Positions 48,923 through 58,130 of a stretch of 64,000 bases of DNA are shown here, piece after piece. The stretch is from contig DBJE01000010.1 in assembly GCA_002297045.1 (NCBI GenBank), forward strand, positions 13,178 to 77,177. Direction: 5' to 3'. The stretch's first letter is position 1; every line of letters begins with the position of its first letter. The DNA is from Bacillales bacterium UBA784 (GTDB lineage: Bacteria; Bacillota_I; Bacilli_A; RFN20; CAG-288). The notes beneath the pieces are model-generated. The model saw nothing but the letters and a program-made list of their open reading frames with translations. It was not told the origin of the DNA and searched no databases. The position numbers and the translations under genes are program-made.

Positions 48923-49645
48923 ATGAATACACCAGTCAAAGTTTCCGTCATCGAAGACGACGGAAAATATCATCAGATTATCCACGGATACCTTCAAGAG
49001 TACGGAAAAAAGAAGGGTATTGAGTTTCATGTCCAGGATTATTCCGATGGACTGGCCTTTCTTGAAGAATACAAGGGAGACGCGGATGTTTTGTTCATGG
49101 ACATCGAAAGGCCGCAGAGGGACGGACTTGAAGTCTGTAGAAAACTGCGCAAGATTGATCCCTATGTCCCGATTATCATCGTTTCCCATTCTGCCCAGTA
49201 TGCGGTCAAGGGCTATGAGGTCAATGCCCTTGGCTATGTGGTCAAGCCGATTGTCCGGTTTGATTTCTTCTTCCTTCTTGACAAGGTGAGGGAAAGAAGG
49301 AAGGACAAGGAACAGCACTACCTTGTCCTCTCAAATAAAAGCACGGTCAAGAAGATTTCCCTTGACGACATTCTTTATCTGGAGGTCTCTTCCCATACCA
49401 TCAAGGTGAGAAGGAAGAAGGAAACCATCGAATTCCGGGGGAAAATCAAGGACTATGAGGACAGACTCTGCCGTTATTCCTTTTTCCGGTGCAATAATTC
49501 CTTCTTGGTCAACCTGAAATACTGCGATAAAGTCTCTGTCGGGGACAGCACTATCGACAGGGGTGGAACGATTATCTCCATCTCCCGTCCAAAGAAGAAA
49601 CAATTCCTTGAGACATTGGCAGATTATTTAAAGGACGAAATATAG
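48923..49645 (+). CDS. LytTR-family response regulator, copy 2
   Basis: Receiver VSVIEDD...LFMDIE(AGG)PQ(AGG)DGLE followed by a LytTR-like C-terminal domain (ILYLEV...LVNLKY). Confidence 0.85.
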   Translation: MNTPVKVSVIEDDGKYHQIIHGYLQEYGKKKGIEFHVQDYSDGLAFLEEYKGDADVLFMDIERPQRDGLEVCRKLRKIDPYVPIIIVSHSAQYAVKGYEVNALGYVVKPIVRFDFFFLLDKVRERRKDKEQHYLVLSNKSTVKKISLDDILYLEVSSHTIKVRRKKETIEFRGKIKDYEDRLCRYSFFRCNNSFLVNLKYCDKVSVGDSTIDRGGTIISISRPKKKQFLETLADYLKDEI

Positions 49646-49646
49646 G

Positions 49647-50969
49647 ATGTACGATAACTATCTTTTTGGAGATGCCGTTATCTATTATCTCTATCGTTTC
49701 GTTGTTCCTTTGATGATTGCCGAACTGATCACTTTTCTTTCGGCGAAGAAAAAGACGTATTGGATTGTCCGTTTTGCGGGGTATGAAGTCCTGTTTCTGA
49801 CTCTCTCGGGAATCCTGATTTACTATGACGTCGATCTGCGCTTTGGCTGGTTCCGGACTATTTTCCTTCTTCTTTTCCTTCTTTCCCTCCTTCCGCTTGT
49901 TTTGACCTTTGGCAGGAAAATCAAGCATGTCCTCTTTCTTGCCTCCTCTGCCTATACCGTGCAGAACTTTGCCGATAACCTTTGGAAGCTAGCAAGGGAA
50001 ATCATCCCATCGTCGGATAAAAAGGCCATTGAGCTTCTTCTTTATTTTCTTCTTTTCGGAGCAAGCTTTACTGTCTATTACTTCGTCTTTGTCAAACTGA
50101 TGAAAAAGAACAGTGTGGCAAAGTTAAGCAACAACTCCGTCCTCTTTATCTCTCTTGCCTCTATCCTGGTCATCAACATCCTCTCTAGGTATGCCCAGAG
50201 CGTGGAAGACCCTGCCGGCGTGATTGCCACTAAGCTCTATGCCAGGATTGCCTGCTTTTTCATCCTTGCCATCCAGTACAACATTTTCCATTCCACTAAG
50301 CTGAGCGGAGAAAAGGAGAGGCTTGAGCAGGCCCTGAAGTTCCAGAACGATAAGTTTGCCTCCAGTAAGGAGACAAGGGAACTTATCAACATCAAATGCC
50401 ATGACCTAAAGCATGCGCTCGAGTCGTTGAATTCCTCTAACCTCTCTTTGGAGCAGAAGGAGACTCTTCTTGGACTTTCTAATGCCATCGATGTCTATGA
50501 CTCCAGAATCAAGACCGGTAATCCGGTCATCGACAGGGTGCTTTCGGAAAAGTCCCTGATCTGCCATAAGGAGAAGATCCGACTCAATGCCATTATCGAC
50601 GGATCCCTGTTTTCCTTCAGGGATAATGTGGATGTCTATTCTCTTTTCGAGAATGTCCTTGACAATGCCATCAAGGCAGTGAGAAAGGAAGATGAGGAAA
50701 AAAAGTCCATCTTCCTCCATGCCGTGGAAAAGAACAACGTCATTTCCCTGAAAGAAGAGAACTATGTAGGCGAGGAAATCCTCTTCAAGGACGGACTTCC
50801 TCTTTCCAAGGGCAACCCTTCCTACCACGGATACGGAACAAAGTCGATTGCCTATATCGTCGGAAAGTATAAGGGAAGCTGTCAGTTTTTCTGCAAAGAC
50901 CATAGGTTCACCTTCTTCGCCTGCTTTTTCAAGGCGGGAGGAACGAAAGGAAAAGGAGAAAAAGAGTGA
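49647..50969 (+). CDS. AgrC-like membrane sensor histidine kinase (GHKL), copy 2
   Basis: Paralog of 9523..10887. Motifs INIKCHDLKH, NVLDNAIKA, YHGYGTKSI. Its stop overlaps the GH3 GTG start (GTGA). Confidence 0.85.
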   Translation: MYDNYLFGDAVIYYLYRFVVPLMIAELITFLSAKKKTYWIVRFAGYEVLFLTLSGILIYYDVDLRFGWFRTIFLLLFLLSLLPLVLTFGRKIKHVLFLASSAYTVQNFADNLWKLAREIIPSSDKKAIELLLYFLLFGASFTVYYFVFVKLMKKNSVAKLSNNSVLFISLASILVINILSRYAQSVEDPAGVIATKLYARIACFFILAIQYNIFHSTKLSGEKERLEQALKFQNDKFASSKETRELINIKCHDLKHALESLNSSNLSLEQKETLLGLSNAIDVYDSRIKTGNPVIDRVLSEKSLICHKEKIRLNAIIDGSLFSFRDNVDVYSLFENVLDNAIKAVRKEDEEKKSIFLHAVEKNNVISLKEENYVGEEILFKDGLPLSKGNPSYHGYGTKSIAYIVGKYKGSCQFFCKDHRFTFFACFFKAGGTKGKGEKE

Positions 50970-53900
50970 AGAAAGACCGCCTATTCTCTCTTTGCGGCCC
51001 ACTTGGCGCCCTGACTCTTTCCCTCGCCTTGCTTATCCCGATTTTCACTTCTCTTTTCTCTCCGACCTTGAATACCTATTTCGGGAAAGGGGAACTAGTC
51101 AAGAAAAATAACCTGAGTGAAGGAAGGGATACTTCCTATTATCAGAAAAAAAGCAAGGAGGAGGCTCTCTCTTTGGCCCTTGAAACCAATGAGGAGATTG
51201 CCAAGGAAGGCATTGTCCTTTTAAAGAACGGGAACGGCTGTCTTCCTCTTTCCAAGGACGACATCCTTTCTCCTTTCGGCTATGCCTATTCCCATCCTTC
51301 CTCTTTGGGAGGGTCAAGCAACTGGAGCGGAAGAGAGGAAGAAAAGGACTCCCTTTCCCTTGCCTTAAAGGAGAGCTTTTCCGTAAACGGAAAAATCGAA
51401 GGGATCACAAAAGACGAAAAGAACGTCCTTTCACTGAAAAGTGCAAGGGGAAGCTCTAAAGTAAATCAGGCGAAGGAAGCCGGAGGCACTTCCTTGATTT
51501 ATACCATCAAGGCGGATTCCTACTTGGGGAGGGAGAAGGAGAGGAAAAATACCATTGGGCTCAGGGTCATCTCCAGAGACGGAGGAGAGAACAGCGACTT
51601 TAAAAGGGACGGGTATGAAAGCGGGGAACGACACGCCCTCTCTTTGACAAGGGAGGAGAAAAAAACCTTACAGATAAGGAAGCAGAACTGCCGAAAGAGC
51701 ATCCTTCTTTATACGGGGGTGAATCCGATTGAGTTTAGCGATGACGTGACCTCCTTACTGGATGCGATTCTTTATCTCCCTTCTCCGGGAAGCGGAGGTT
51801 ACCGGATTGTCGATGATGTTCTTCTTGGCCATATCAATCCCTCGGGAAAGACTGTCGATACTTTCGTTAAGGACTTCCTTTCGATTCCCTCAAGCGTGAA
51901 CTTCGGCCTCTCCGGGACAAAACCCTATGATGGTGCAGGAAGGTATTTTGATAATGTCACCCAGAGGGACAATCAAAGCAAGGTTTCCTTTGTCAGCTAT
52001 AAAGAAGGAATCTATGTCGGCTACCGGTATTACGAGACCGCCGACAGGGAGAAGAAAATCGATTATGATTCCCTTGTTGCCTATCCGTTTGGCTATGGGC
52101 TTAGTTATACCTCTTTTGACCAGGAGCTGATTTCCTATAAGGAGGAAAACGGCTCGATTCAAAGGAAGGTAAAGGTGACAAACAAGGGAGAAAGGGCAGG
52201 AAAGGATGCCGTAGAGATTTATTATGGGGCACCCTATAGTGGATTCGACAGGGAAAACGGGATTGAGAAGGCAGGGAAGAACCTGATTGCATTCTCTAAG
52301 ACCAGCCTATTAAAGCCAGGAGAGAGCGAAGTTCTCTCTCTTTCCTTCGCCCTTGAGGATAGGGCTTCCTATTTTTCTTCCCACCAGAACAGCGATTCCA
52401 CCTTTGGATGCTATTTCCTCGAAGAAGGGGATTACACCATCTATCTAGGAAAGAACTCCCATGAATCGTATGATCAGTTTGTTTATCACGTTTCCGATTC
52501 CGTGTTTTATGATAACACCAATCCAAGACAGAGTGAGAAAGATGCCCAATCCCGCCTTGACCAGTATGGAAATTCGGTAAAAGAGAAAAAGGTCGACAAA
52601 GCCTATGTTGCCGCAACCAATCGTTTTTCTCTTTCCACGGAGTATAGGAAAGAAAACCATCTTCTTCTTTCCCGTAAGGACTTCTCCTCCACCTATCCTT
52701 CCTTTCCAAAAGGAAAGGAGTACCATCTTGACGAAAAGTACAAATCCGTCTTTGACTCCTATAAGAACTTCTCCTCTTCCCATCCTCTTCTCGGCGACGA
52801 AGAAGGCTCCCTTGTCTATGACTCTTCCCCGCTCGGCAAGGCAAGGGATTCCTCTCTGACTCTCTCCTCTATGCGAGGGGAAAGCTATGACTCGGAAAAA
52901 TGGGATGCCCTTCTTTCTAAGATTTCCTTTACTCAAAAGGAAGAAGAACAGCTTGGCGCCCTTTTTGGCTACGGGGCCTATCAAAGCGGAGCCGTTGACA
53001 CCATTGGAAAGTTCTCCACGGAAGAAAGGGACGGGCCGAACGGATATTCCACTTTCGGGCAAAAGAAAAACGAGGCGTTTTCTGTCTACGCAAGTGAGAC
53101 TCTTACCGCCTGCACTTTCAATTCCGCTCTTGCCTACAAGAGAGGAAAGGCTAGGGGAGTGGAAGGAAGGGCACATGATGTCCAGGGACTCTACGCCCCT
53201 GGAAGGAACATCCATCGCTCGCCTTTCGGAGGAAGAAACGGGGAATATGTCAGCGAGGATCCTCTTAGGTGCGGCATAATCGGAGCAAAAATCGTCTCCG
53301 GGGCGGCCGACTATGGCGTGTATACCTATAGGAAGCACTTTGCCCTAAACGAACAGGAAAGCGGAAGAGGGGACAGGAGGATGGTTTTTTCTGACGAACA
53401 GACGATCCGGGAAATCTATCTGAAGCCTTTCGAAATCTGCCTGAAGAAGGCAAGAAGGTCTCTTTCCTATCTAGAGGGAGACGCCAGGAAGGAAACGAAG
53501 ATAAGGAGAGCCGCCAGGGGGATAAGGACGTCCTTCAACGGAATAGGACCGGTGAGGAACTGCAGGAATTACGCCCTGAACACAAACGTCCTCCGAGAGG
53601 AGTGGGGATTTAACGGGGCGGTCATCTCGGACTATGGAGTAAAAGGAAACAGGGATGCCATGATGCGAAGCGGAAACGACGTCTATAGGACTGCCTTCTC
53701 CGGCTTCAAAAGCCGTTCCCTGAAGAATCTCTATCCTCTCTCTGCTTCCCTTAGCGGGAAACATGTGGTCTTAAAATCGCTCAAGAATGTCTGCTACAGG
53801 ATAGTCAACTCCGGAGCCTTTGACGGACTTAGGAAAGGAGAGGTAGCCTACCGGAAAAAGGCCGCATGGGAAATCTATCTGAATGATGTCTTAGTCATTT

Positions 53901-53998
53901 CCCTGTATGTCATTACGTTTGCTCTCTTTGGGATGGGAATCGGACACCAAGTCATTCTCTGGCGAAGAAAAAAGCAGGGAAGTCCCCCTGCCGTTTAG
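50966..53998 (+). CDS. membrane-tethered GH3 glycosidase with reversed domain order (intact paralog of 5191..8118)
   Basis: GTG start after AAGGAG. N-terminal hydrophobic anchor. Then VLLKNGNGCLPL, YPFGYGLSYTSF and LLKPGESEVLSLSF (Fn3-like), followed by HRSPFGGRNGEYVSEDP, RKHFALNEQE and GAVISDYG (barrel). C-terminal TM helix plus a basic tail. Confidence 0.85.
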   Translation: MKKDRLFSLCGPLGALTLSLALLIPIFTSLFSPTLNTYFGKGELVKKNNLSEGRDTSYYQKKSKEEALSLALETNEEIAKEGIVLLKNGNGCLPLSKDDILSPFGYAYSHPSSLGGSSNWSGREEEKDSLSLALKESFSVNGKIEGITKDEKNVLSLKSARGSSKVNQAKEAGGTSLIYTIKADSYLGREKERKNTIGLRVISRDGGENSDFKRDGYESGERHALSLTREEKKTLQIRKQNCRKSILLYTGVNPIEFSDDVTSLLDAILYLPSPGSGGYRIVDDVLLGHINPSGKTVDTFVKDFLSIPSSVNFGLSGTKPYDGAGRYFDNVTQRDNQSKVSFVSYKEGIYVGYRYYETADREKKIDYDSLVAYPFGYGLSYTSFDQELISYKEENGSIQRKVKVTNKGERAGKDAVEIYYGAPYSGFDRENGIEKAGKNLIAFSKTSLLKPGESEVLSLSFALEDRASYFSSHQNSDSTFGCYFLEEGDYTIYLGKNSHESYDQFVYHVSDSVFYDNTNPRQSEKDAQSRLDQYGNSVKEKKVDKAYVAATNRFSLSTEYRKENHLLLSRKDFSSTYPSFPKGKEYHLDEKYKSVFDSYKNFSSSHPLLGDEEGSLVYDSSPLGKARDSSLTLSSMRGESYDSEKWDALLSKISFTQKEEEQLGALFGYGAYQSGAVDTIGKFSTEERDGPNGYSTFGQKKNEAFSVYASETLTACTFNSALAYKRGKARGVEGRAHDVQGLYAPGRNIHRSPFGGRNGEYVSEDPLRCGIIGAKIVSGAADYGVYTYRKHFALNEQESGRGDRRMVFSDEQTIREIYLKPFEICLKKARRSLSYLEGDARKETKIRRAARGIRTSFNGIGPVRNCRNYALNTNVLREEWGFNGAVISDYGVKGNRDAMMRSGNDVYRTAFSGFKSRSLKNLYPLSASLSGKHVVLKSLKNVCYRIVNSGAFDGLRKGEVAYRKKAAWEIYLNDVLVISLYVITFALFGMGIGHQVILWRRKKQGSPPAV

Positions 53999-54579
53999 AA
54001 TCTTTTTTCGTCGTACGATACGATGCTATCATCGCCAAGTTCAACGAAATAATGACGCTCTAGGCTTTTTTCTGTCCTATCCTGGCGGATGACGTATCCG
54101 TTTCCGGAATATTCGATTCTCTTTCCGTAAAGATAATCCAAGACATAGTAGCCGCCTTTTTTAATGCATCGGTAGGCCTCTTCCTGGTCGGCTTCTTTCG
54201 AAAACTCAGTTTCCGCATCGATTGTTTTGGTAGAAGAATTGTAATAATAGTTCTCCTCTTTTCTGACCGAACCGACTTTGCGGGAATACGTGTAGACTAG
54301 TTTTGTCTCTGAATCCTTGTCCGGATAGACGATAATATCGGCTTTTTTCTTTTCGTCATCGGTTGGATTGTAATAAGGATACTCGCAGAAGTCTGTATAG
54401 ATGTATACGCCGTTGTAGTTGTAATACTCATAGACAAAAGAGGAGGAAGAAGAGTAGGACTCATGGAATATGGCCTTTCCACCGCTTAAGACAGTGATGG
54501 AATAACAGTCGATCCCCTTACTATTTCCACAAGAGGAAAGGAGAGAAAAAAGGCAGAGCAGAATATTTTTCTTTTTCAT
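53995..54579 (-). CDS. hypothetical lipoprotein
   Basis: The internal ATG at 54579 gives MKKKNILLCLFSLLSSC (lipobox). Its stop codon overlaps the GH3 stop codon on the other strand. Confidence 0.65.
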   Translation of the reverse strand: MKKKNILLCLFSLLSSCGNSKGIDCYSITVLSGGKAIFHESYSSSSSFVYEYYNYNGVYIYTDFCEYPYYNPTDDEKKKADIIVYPDKDSETKLVYTYSRKVGSVRKEENYYYNSSTKTIDAETEFSKEADQEEAYRCIKKGGYYVLDYLYGKRIEYSGNGYVIRQDRTEKSLERHYFVELGDDSIVSYDEKRF

Positions 54580-54690
54580 AATAATGCACCTTTTACAAAG
54601 ATAATATACCACAAGATAAAGAATATGGAATAACTTCTTTCTTTTCAAAGCCGGACAGGAAAGATATAGTATTATCTAGGAGCCGACATC

Positions 54691-55341
54691 ATGAAAAACG
54701 GGTATCTATCGGATCTGACTCTCATCCATCCCCCAAGGGAAGGACTTACTGTCTCGACCCTGCTTCTTAAGGGGCAGAAAAGTGCAGTCACTTTCTTCTC
54801 CCTTGGACAAGGAACGGATATCTCTTCAGAGTCCTATCCCTCAGCCACGGTTTATCTTTGCCTGGCCGGGGACTTGATTCTGAAAAAAGGGGAGAAAGAG
54901 GTCACTCTTTCTCCTTATGATTTGTATCTTAACCCAAATGATGTTCTTCTTGGTCAGAGAAGTAAGAAAGGATGCGGATATGTCGAAATCCGCACCGGAG
55001 AGGAAAGCAAAGACATGAATTGTACGATTAAGCCAGGAGAAGTTTTCCGCCTTCAGGAAAGGATTGATTATCAGCCAGAGAGTATTGTCAATCGTGACCT
55101 AAGGTCAAACGGGAAGAGGAAGTTTGTGCTTATGGCACTAGATAAGGGGCAGGAGCTATCTAGTCATCGTGCCCCAGGCGAGGCGATTGTCTTTCTTCTG
55201 GAAGGTGAGGCTAGGATCACCTATGAAGGAAAAGACTATCTTGTCAAGCAAGGCGAAGAGTTCCATTTTGCCAAAGGCGGACTCCATGCCTTAAAGGCAC
55301 TAACCCCCTTTAAAATGGCTCTCCTTCTCGCTCTGGAATAA
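54691..55341 (+). CDS. cupin (bicupin-like) domain protein
   Basis: Two cupin-like halves. The C-terminal half is LSSHRAPGEAIVFLLEGEARITYEGKDYLVKQGEEFHF. Confidence 0.7.
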   Translation: MKNGYLSDLTLIHPPREGLTVSTLLLKGQKSAVTFFSLGQGTDISSESYPSATVYLCLAGDLILKKGEKEVTLSPYDLYLNPNDVLLGQRSKKGCGYVEIRTGEESKDMNCTIKPGEVFRLQERIDYQPESIVNRDLRSNGKRKFVLMALDKGQELSSHRAPGEAIVFLLEGEARITYEGKDYLVKQGEEFHFAKGGLHALKALTPFKMALLLALE

Positions 55342-55815
55342 GAAGAAGTCTGAATTCTGCCGAGTATCCGAAAAAGCCTTATTGATTCTCTGCCTTCGAT
55401 GAGAAGACGGCCAAAGAAATCCGGGAGAAGACATGGATTAGGGATTTTCCTACTGGTTTTACCATTAAAGTGGATCTTTCTGTCATTTTTTAGATTCAGG
55501 ACAGACCTCTTTTTCTCCGTCGTTTCGTCTCTTCTGGGTCTTTGACCTTCTCCTGCGGTTGATGTAATCCTCCCTGGTCTTGAAGACCTTGTATCCCTTG
55601 AGGAAGGAGATGAGCTTTCTCTTCACCATGGGCAGAAAATTTAAGTCAGAAGACTCAGTCAAAGACGCCTGTTTACACACCAGATTTGTGCTTTTCTTAA
55701 GATTTCTCTTGTGATTGAAGAAGCAAAACTATAATTGTAAGGATAAAAATTACATTTGAAGAATTATCGATAAACACGGCAGAAAACGGGAAATTTCTGG
55801 TAAAGTCACTTTTGC

Positions 55816-55829
55816 TGTAAGCGTTTTTT
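55816..55829. promoter_or_regulatory. weak cre-like box upstream of the phn-like operon
   Basis: TGTAAGCGTTTTTT has a perfect left half-site and a degenerate right half. Confidence 0.2.
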
Positions 55830-56039
55830 TCCCTGTAATTGGCATATGATGATTAAAATGAACGAGGAAAGAGATCGGATCCGGTTATGAAGATTCTGTT
55901 CCTCGCCTCAGCGATTAAGTAAGAACTATCCTCTTACTTATCGTCCGAGACCGGGTACGGAAACGGCATCTAACTGCGTGATTTCTTCCATAGTTCAGTT
56001 GCTGACTGTTTTTCATACAAAGGAGGAATTAAATTCAGT

Positions 56040-57233
56040 ATGAAAAAGACTCTGACTTCTGTTGCTGCGCTTGCCTTATTATCCTTAAGCCTTACCGGCT
56101 GTGGAAACAAAGGCAAAAAGATTCACCTTCAGTTAGTCCCGTCCAATGATCCTGCCACTCTTCTGACCCGTGCTAAGGCTTTAGCCCCGATCCTTGACAA
56201 GTATGCCCCTGGCTATTCCTTCAGCATCGATGTCGGTTCCACTTATGCTGCCACTACCACTGCTCTTGGTGCCGGTCAGATTGATGGCGGTTTCCTTACC
56301 GCTTCCGGTTATGCCCAGAGGACAATTGAGCAGCCTGGTGCCGTTTCCCTCCTTCTCTCTGCCGGACGTGCCGGTTATAAGATCCAGGCTGATGATTTTC
56401 CGGGATTAGATGAGGCTTCCCGTGAAAAGCAGCGTAAGCACAGGAACGGTGCCGAAGGATATGTTTATCGTGGTGAGCAGTCTACGACCTTAGTCAACTA
56501 CTATTGCTCTGTTGTCTTCACACTTAAAGATTCTGAGCGTACAGCCCTTAATAAACCCGCTCTTGATAAAGACGGCGATGGAGAAGTCTCCTTAGATGAA
56601 AGGCATGAGGGAAATGCTGTCTGGGGAACCATGGCTGCCACTTCTTCTTCCGGCTTCATTTATCCTACCAAGTACTTATATGACAATGGATATACTAAAG
56701 GCTTTTTCGATAAAACTGCCTACGATCAGCTTTCCGATGCTGACAAGAAGTTAGCAAGGATTAATGCGACACAGAAGTCCTATCCTGAAATGGTTGATAA
56801 TCTCAGGAACGGTGTCATCGATGTTGCTGTCGGATTCTTCGATATCCGTTACGGATCTGCCTATGTTCAGACCGATAGCAAGTATCATAATGATGAATCC
56901 GTCTTTACTAAGACTTATACGGCTGCTGTCCTTGACCCGATCAGGAATGATACTGTCTGCGCTTATGGCAAACTCGACGACGATAAGAAAGAAGCTATTA
57001 AGACCGCTCTTAAGGGTGCCGTCAAAGACGGAAGCATCCATGATAACGGAATCAAAAAAGGCGAAAAAGGCGCTACCGATACCGATTATGATCTCGATAA
57101 TGATGGCAAGGCATCTGGCGCTTACCTGCTCTATCAGATTTACTCTCATACAAATTACAGGGATGGCAAGGATTCTGATTACGATGCTGCCCGTGAAAGG
57201 TATCGTTGGACAGCTGAACACGCTAGCAAATAG
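56040..57233 (+). CDS. PhnD-type (phosphonate/phosphite-like) ABC substrate-binding lipoprotein with EF-hand-like insert
   Basis: AAAGGAGG then ATG. Lipobox LSLTGC. The start LQLVPSNDP...GQIDGGFLTASGY is typical of the Phosphonate-bd family. The DKDGDGEVSLDE loop lies at 56565-56600. Confidence 0.75.
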   Translation: MKKTLTSVAALALLSLSLTGCGNKGKKIHLQLVPSNDPATLLTRAKALAPILDKYAPGYSFSIDVGSTYAATTTALGAGQIDGGFLTASGYAQRTIEQPGAVSLLLSAGRAGYKIQADDFPGLDEASREKQRKHRNGAEGYVYRGEQSTTLVNYYCSVVFTLKDSERTALNKPALDKDGDGEVSLDERHEGNAVWGTMAATSSSGFIYPTKYLYDNGYTKGFFDKTAYDQLSDADKKLARINATQKSYPEMVDNLRNGVIDVAVGFFDIRYGSAYVQTDSKYHNDESVFTKTYTAAVLDPIRNDTVCAYGKLDDDKKEAIKTALKGAVKDGSIHDNGIKKGEKGATDTDYDLDNDGKASGAYLLYQIYSHTNYRDGKDSDYDAARERYRWTAEHASK

Positions 57234-57324
57234 TTTCTGAAGTTTGGAATTCAGCAAGCCTAGTCCTCTATTGGGGCTAGGCTTGTCGTTTATTAAAATA
57301 GGTGAAATAGTAAGGAGACTGCCT

Positions 57325-58116
57325 ATGCTTGAAATGAAACATGTCGACAAAGTCTATCCGAATGGTTTCCAGGCCCTGAAAGATGTGAATCTTACAGTAA
57401 AAGACGGGGAATTCATTTCGATAATTGGCTTATCCGGAGCCGGAAAATCTACTTTGATCCGTTGCATCAATAAAAGGCATGATATTCAAAACGGAGAGGT
57501 TCTGATTGATGGCGTGGATATCAGCAAACTGAAAGGAAAGAAGCTTCGTGAGCAAAGACGGAATATTGGAAGGATTTTCCAGTCCTTCAATCTTGTTCGT
57601 CGTAGCTCCGTATATAAGAATGTTCTCTCCGGGCGTGTTGGCTATCATAATACCTTCGAAACCAGGTTCGGAATCTATTCCAAACGGGAAAAGCTTCTTG
57701 CTTTACAGAATATCGATAAGTTCGGTATTCTTGATAAAGCCTATGTCCGTGCAGATCAGCTCTCCGGCGGTCAGCAGCAGCGTGTCGCCTTAGCAAGAGC
57801 CCTTACTCAGGAACCTAAGATTCTTCTTGCCGATGAGCCGGTTGCTTCTCTTGATCCCGCCACTACGATTGCGGTCAGGAACGACTTTGTCCGTATTAAT
57901 AAGAGGGGTATCACCATCATTGCCAATAGGCATCATGTCGACTTGGCTAAAAAATATTCTACCCGTATCATCGGCGTCCGTGCCGGTCAGATTGTCTTCG
58001 ATGGAAAGCCCGAAGAAGTGACGGATGAGGCATGCTTCAAAATCTATGGGCGTCATTTAAACCATAATGAGAATCTCAGCACTAAGCTTGACGAGATCCC
58101 GGAAGTACATGCATAG
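57325..58116 (+). CDS. phnC: PhnC-type ABC transporter ATP-binding protein
   Basis: TAAGGAGA then ATG 57325. Motifs [17 protein letters not shown](AGG)[23 protein letters not shown] and [12 protein letters not shown]. Substrate unknown. Confidence 0.8.
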   Translation: MLEMKHVDKVYPNGFQALKDVNLTVKDGEFISIIGLSGAGKSTLIRCINKRHDIQNGEVLIDGVDISKLKGKKLREQRRNIGRIFQSFNLVRRSSVYKNVLSGRVGYHNTFETRFGIYSKREKLLALQNIDKFGILDKAYVRADQLSGGQQQRVALARALTQEPKILLADEPVASLDPATTIAVRNDFVRINKRGITIIANRHHVDLAKKYSTRIIGVRAGQIVFDGKPEEVTDEACFKIYGRHLNHNENLSTKLDEIPEVHA

Positions 58117-58130
58117 GTAAGGTGATTTTT

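Noticed and set aside
55483-55680. 65-aa basic ORF on the minus strand as a recombinase or transposase fragment linked to the phn block.
   Set aside because: It has no recognisable motif and no RBS, and the sequence is low-complexity and Arg/Lys-rich. Not supportable as a gene.
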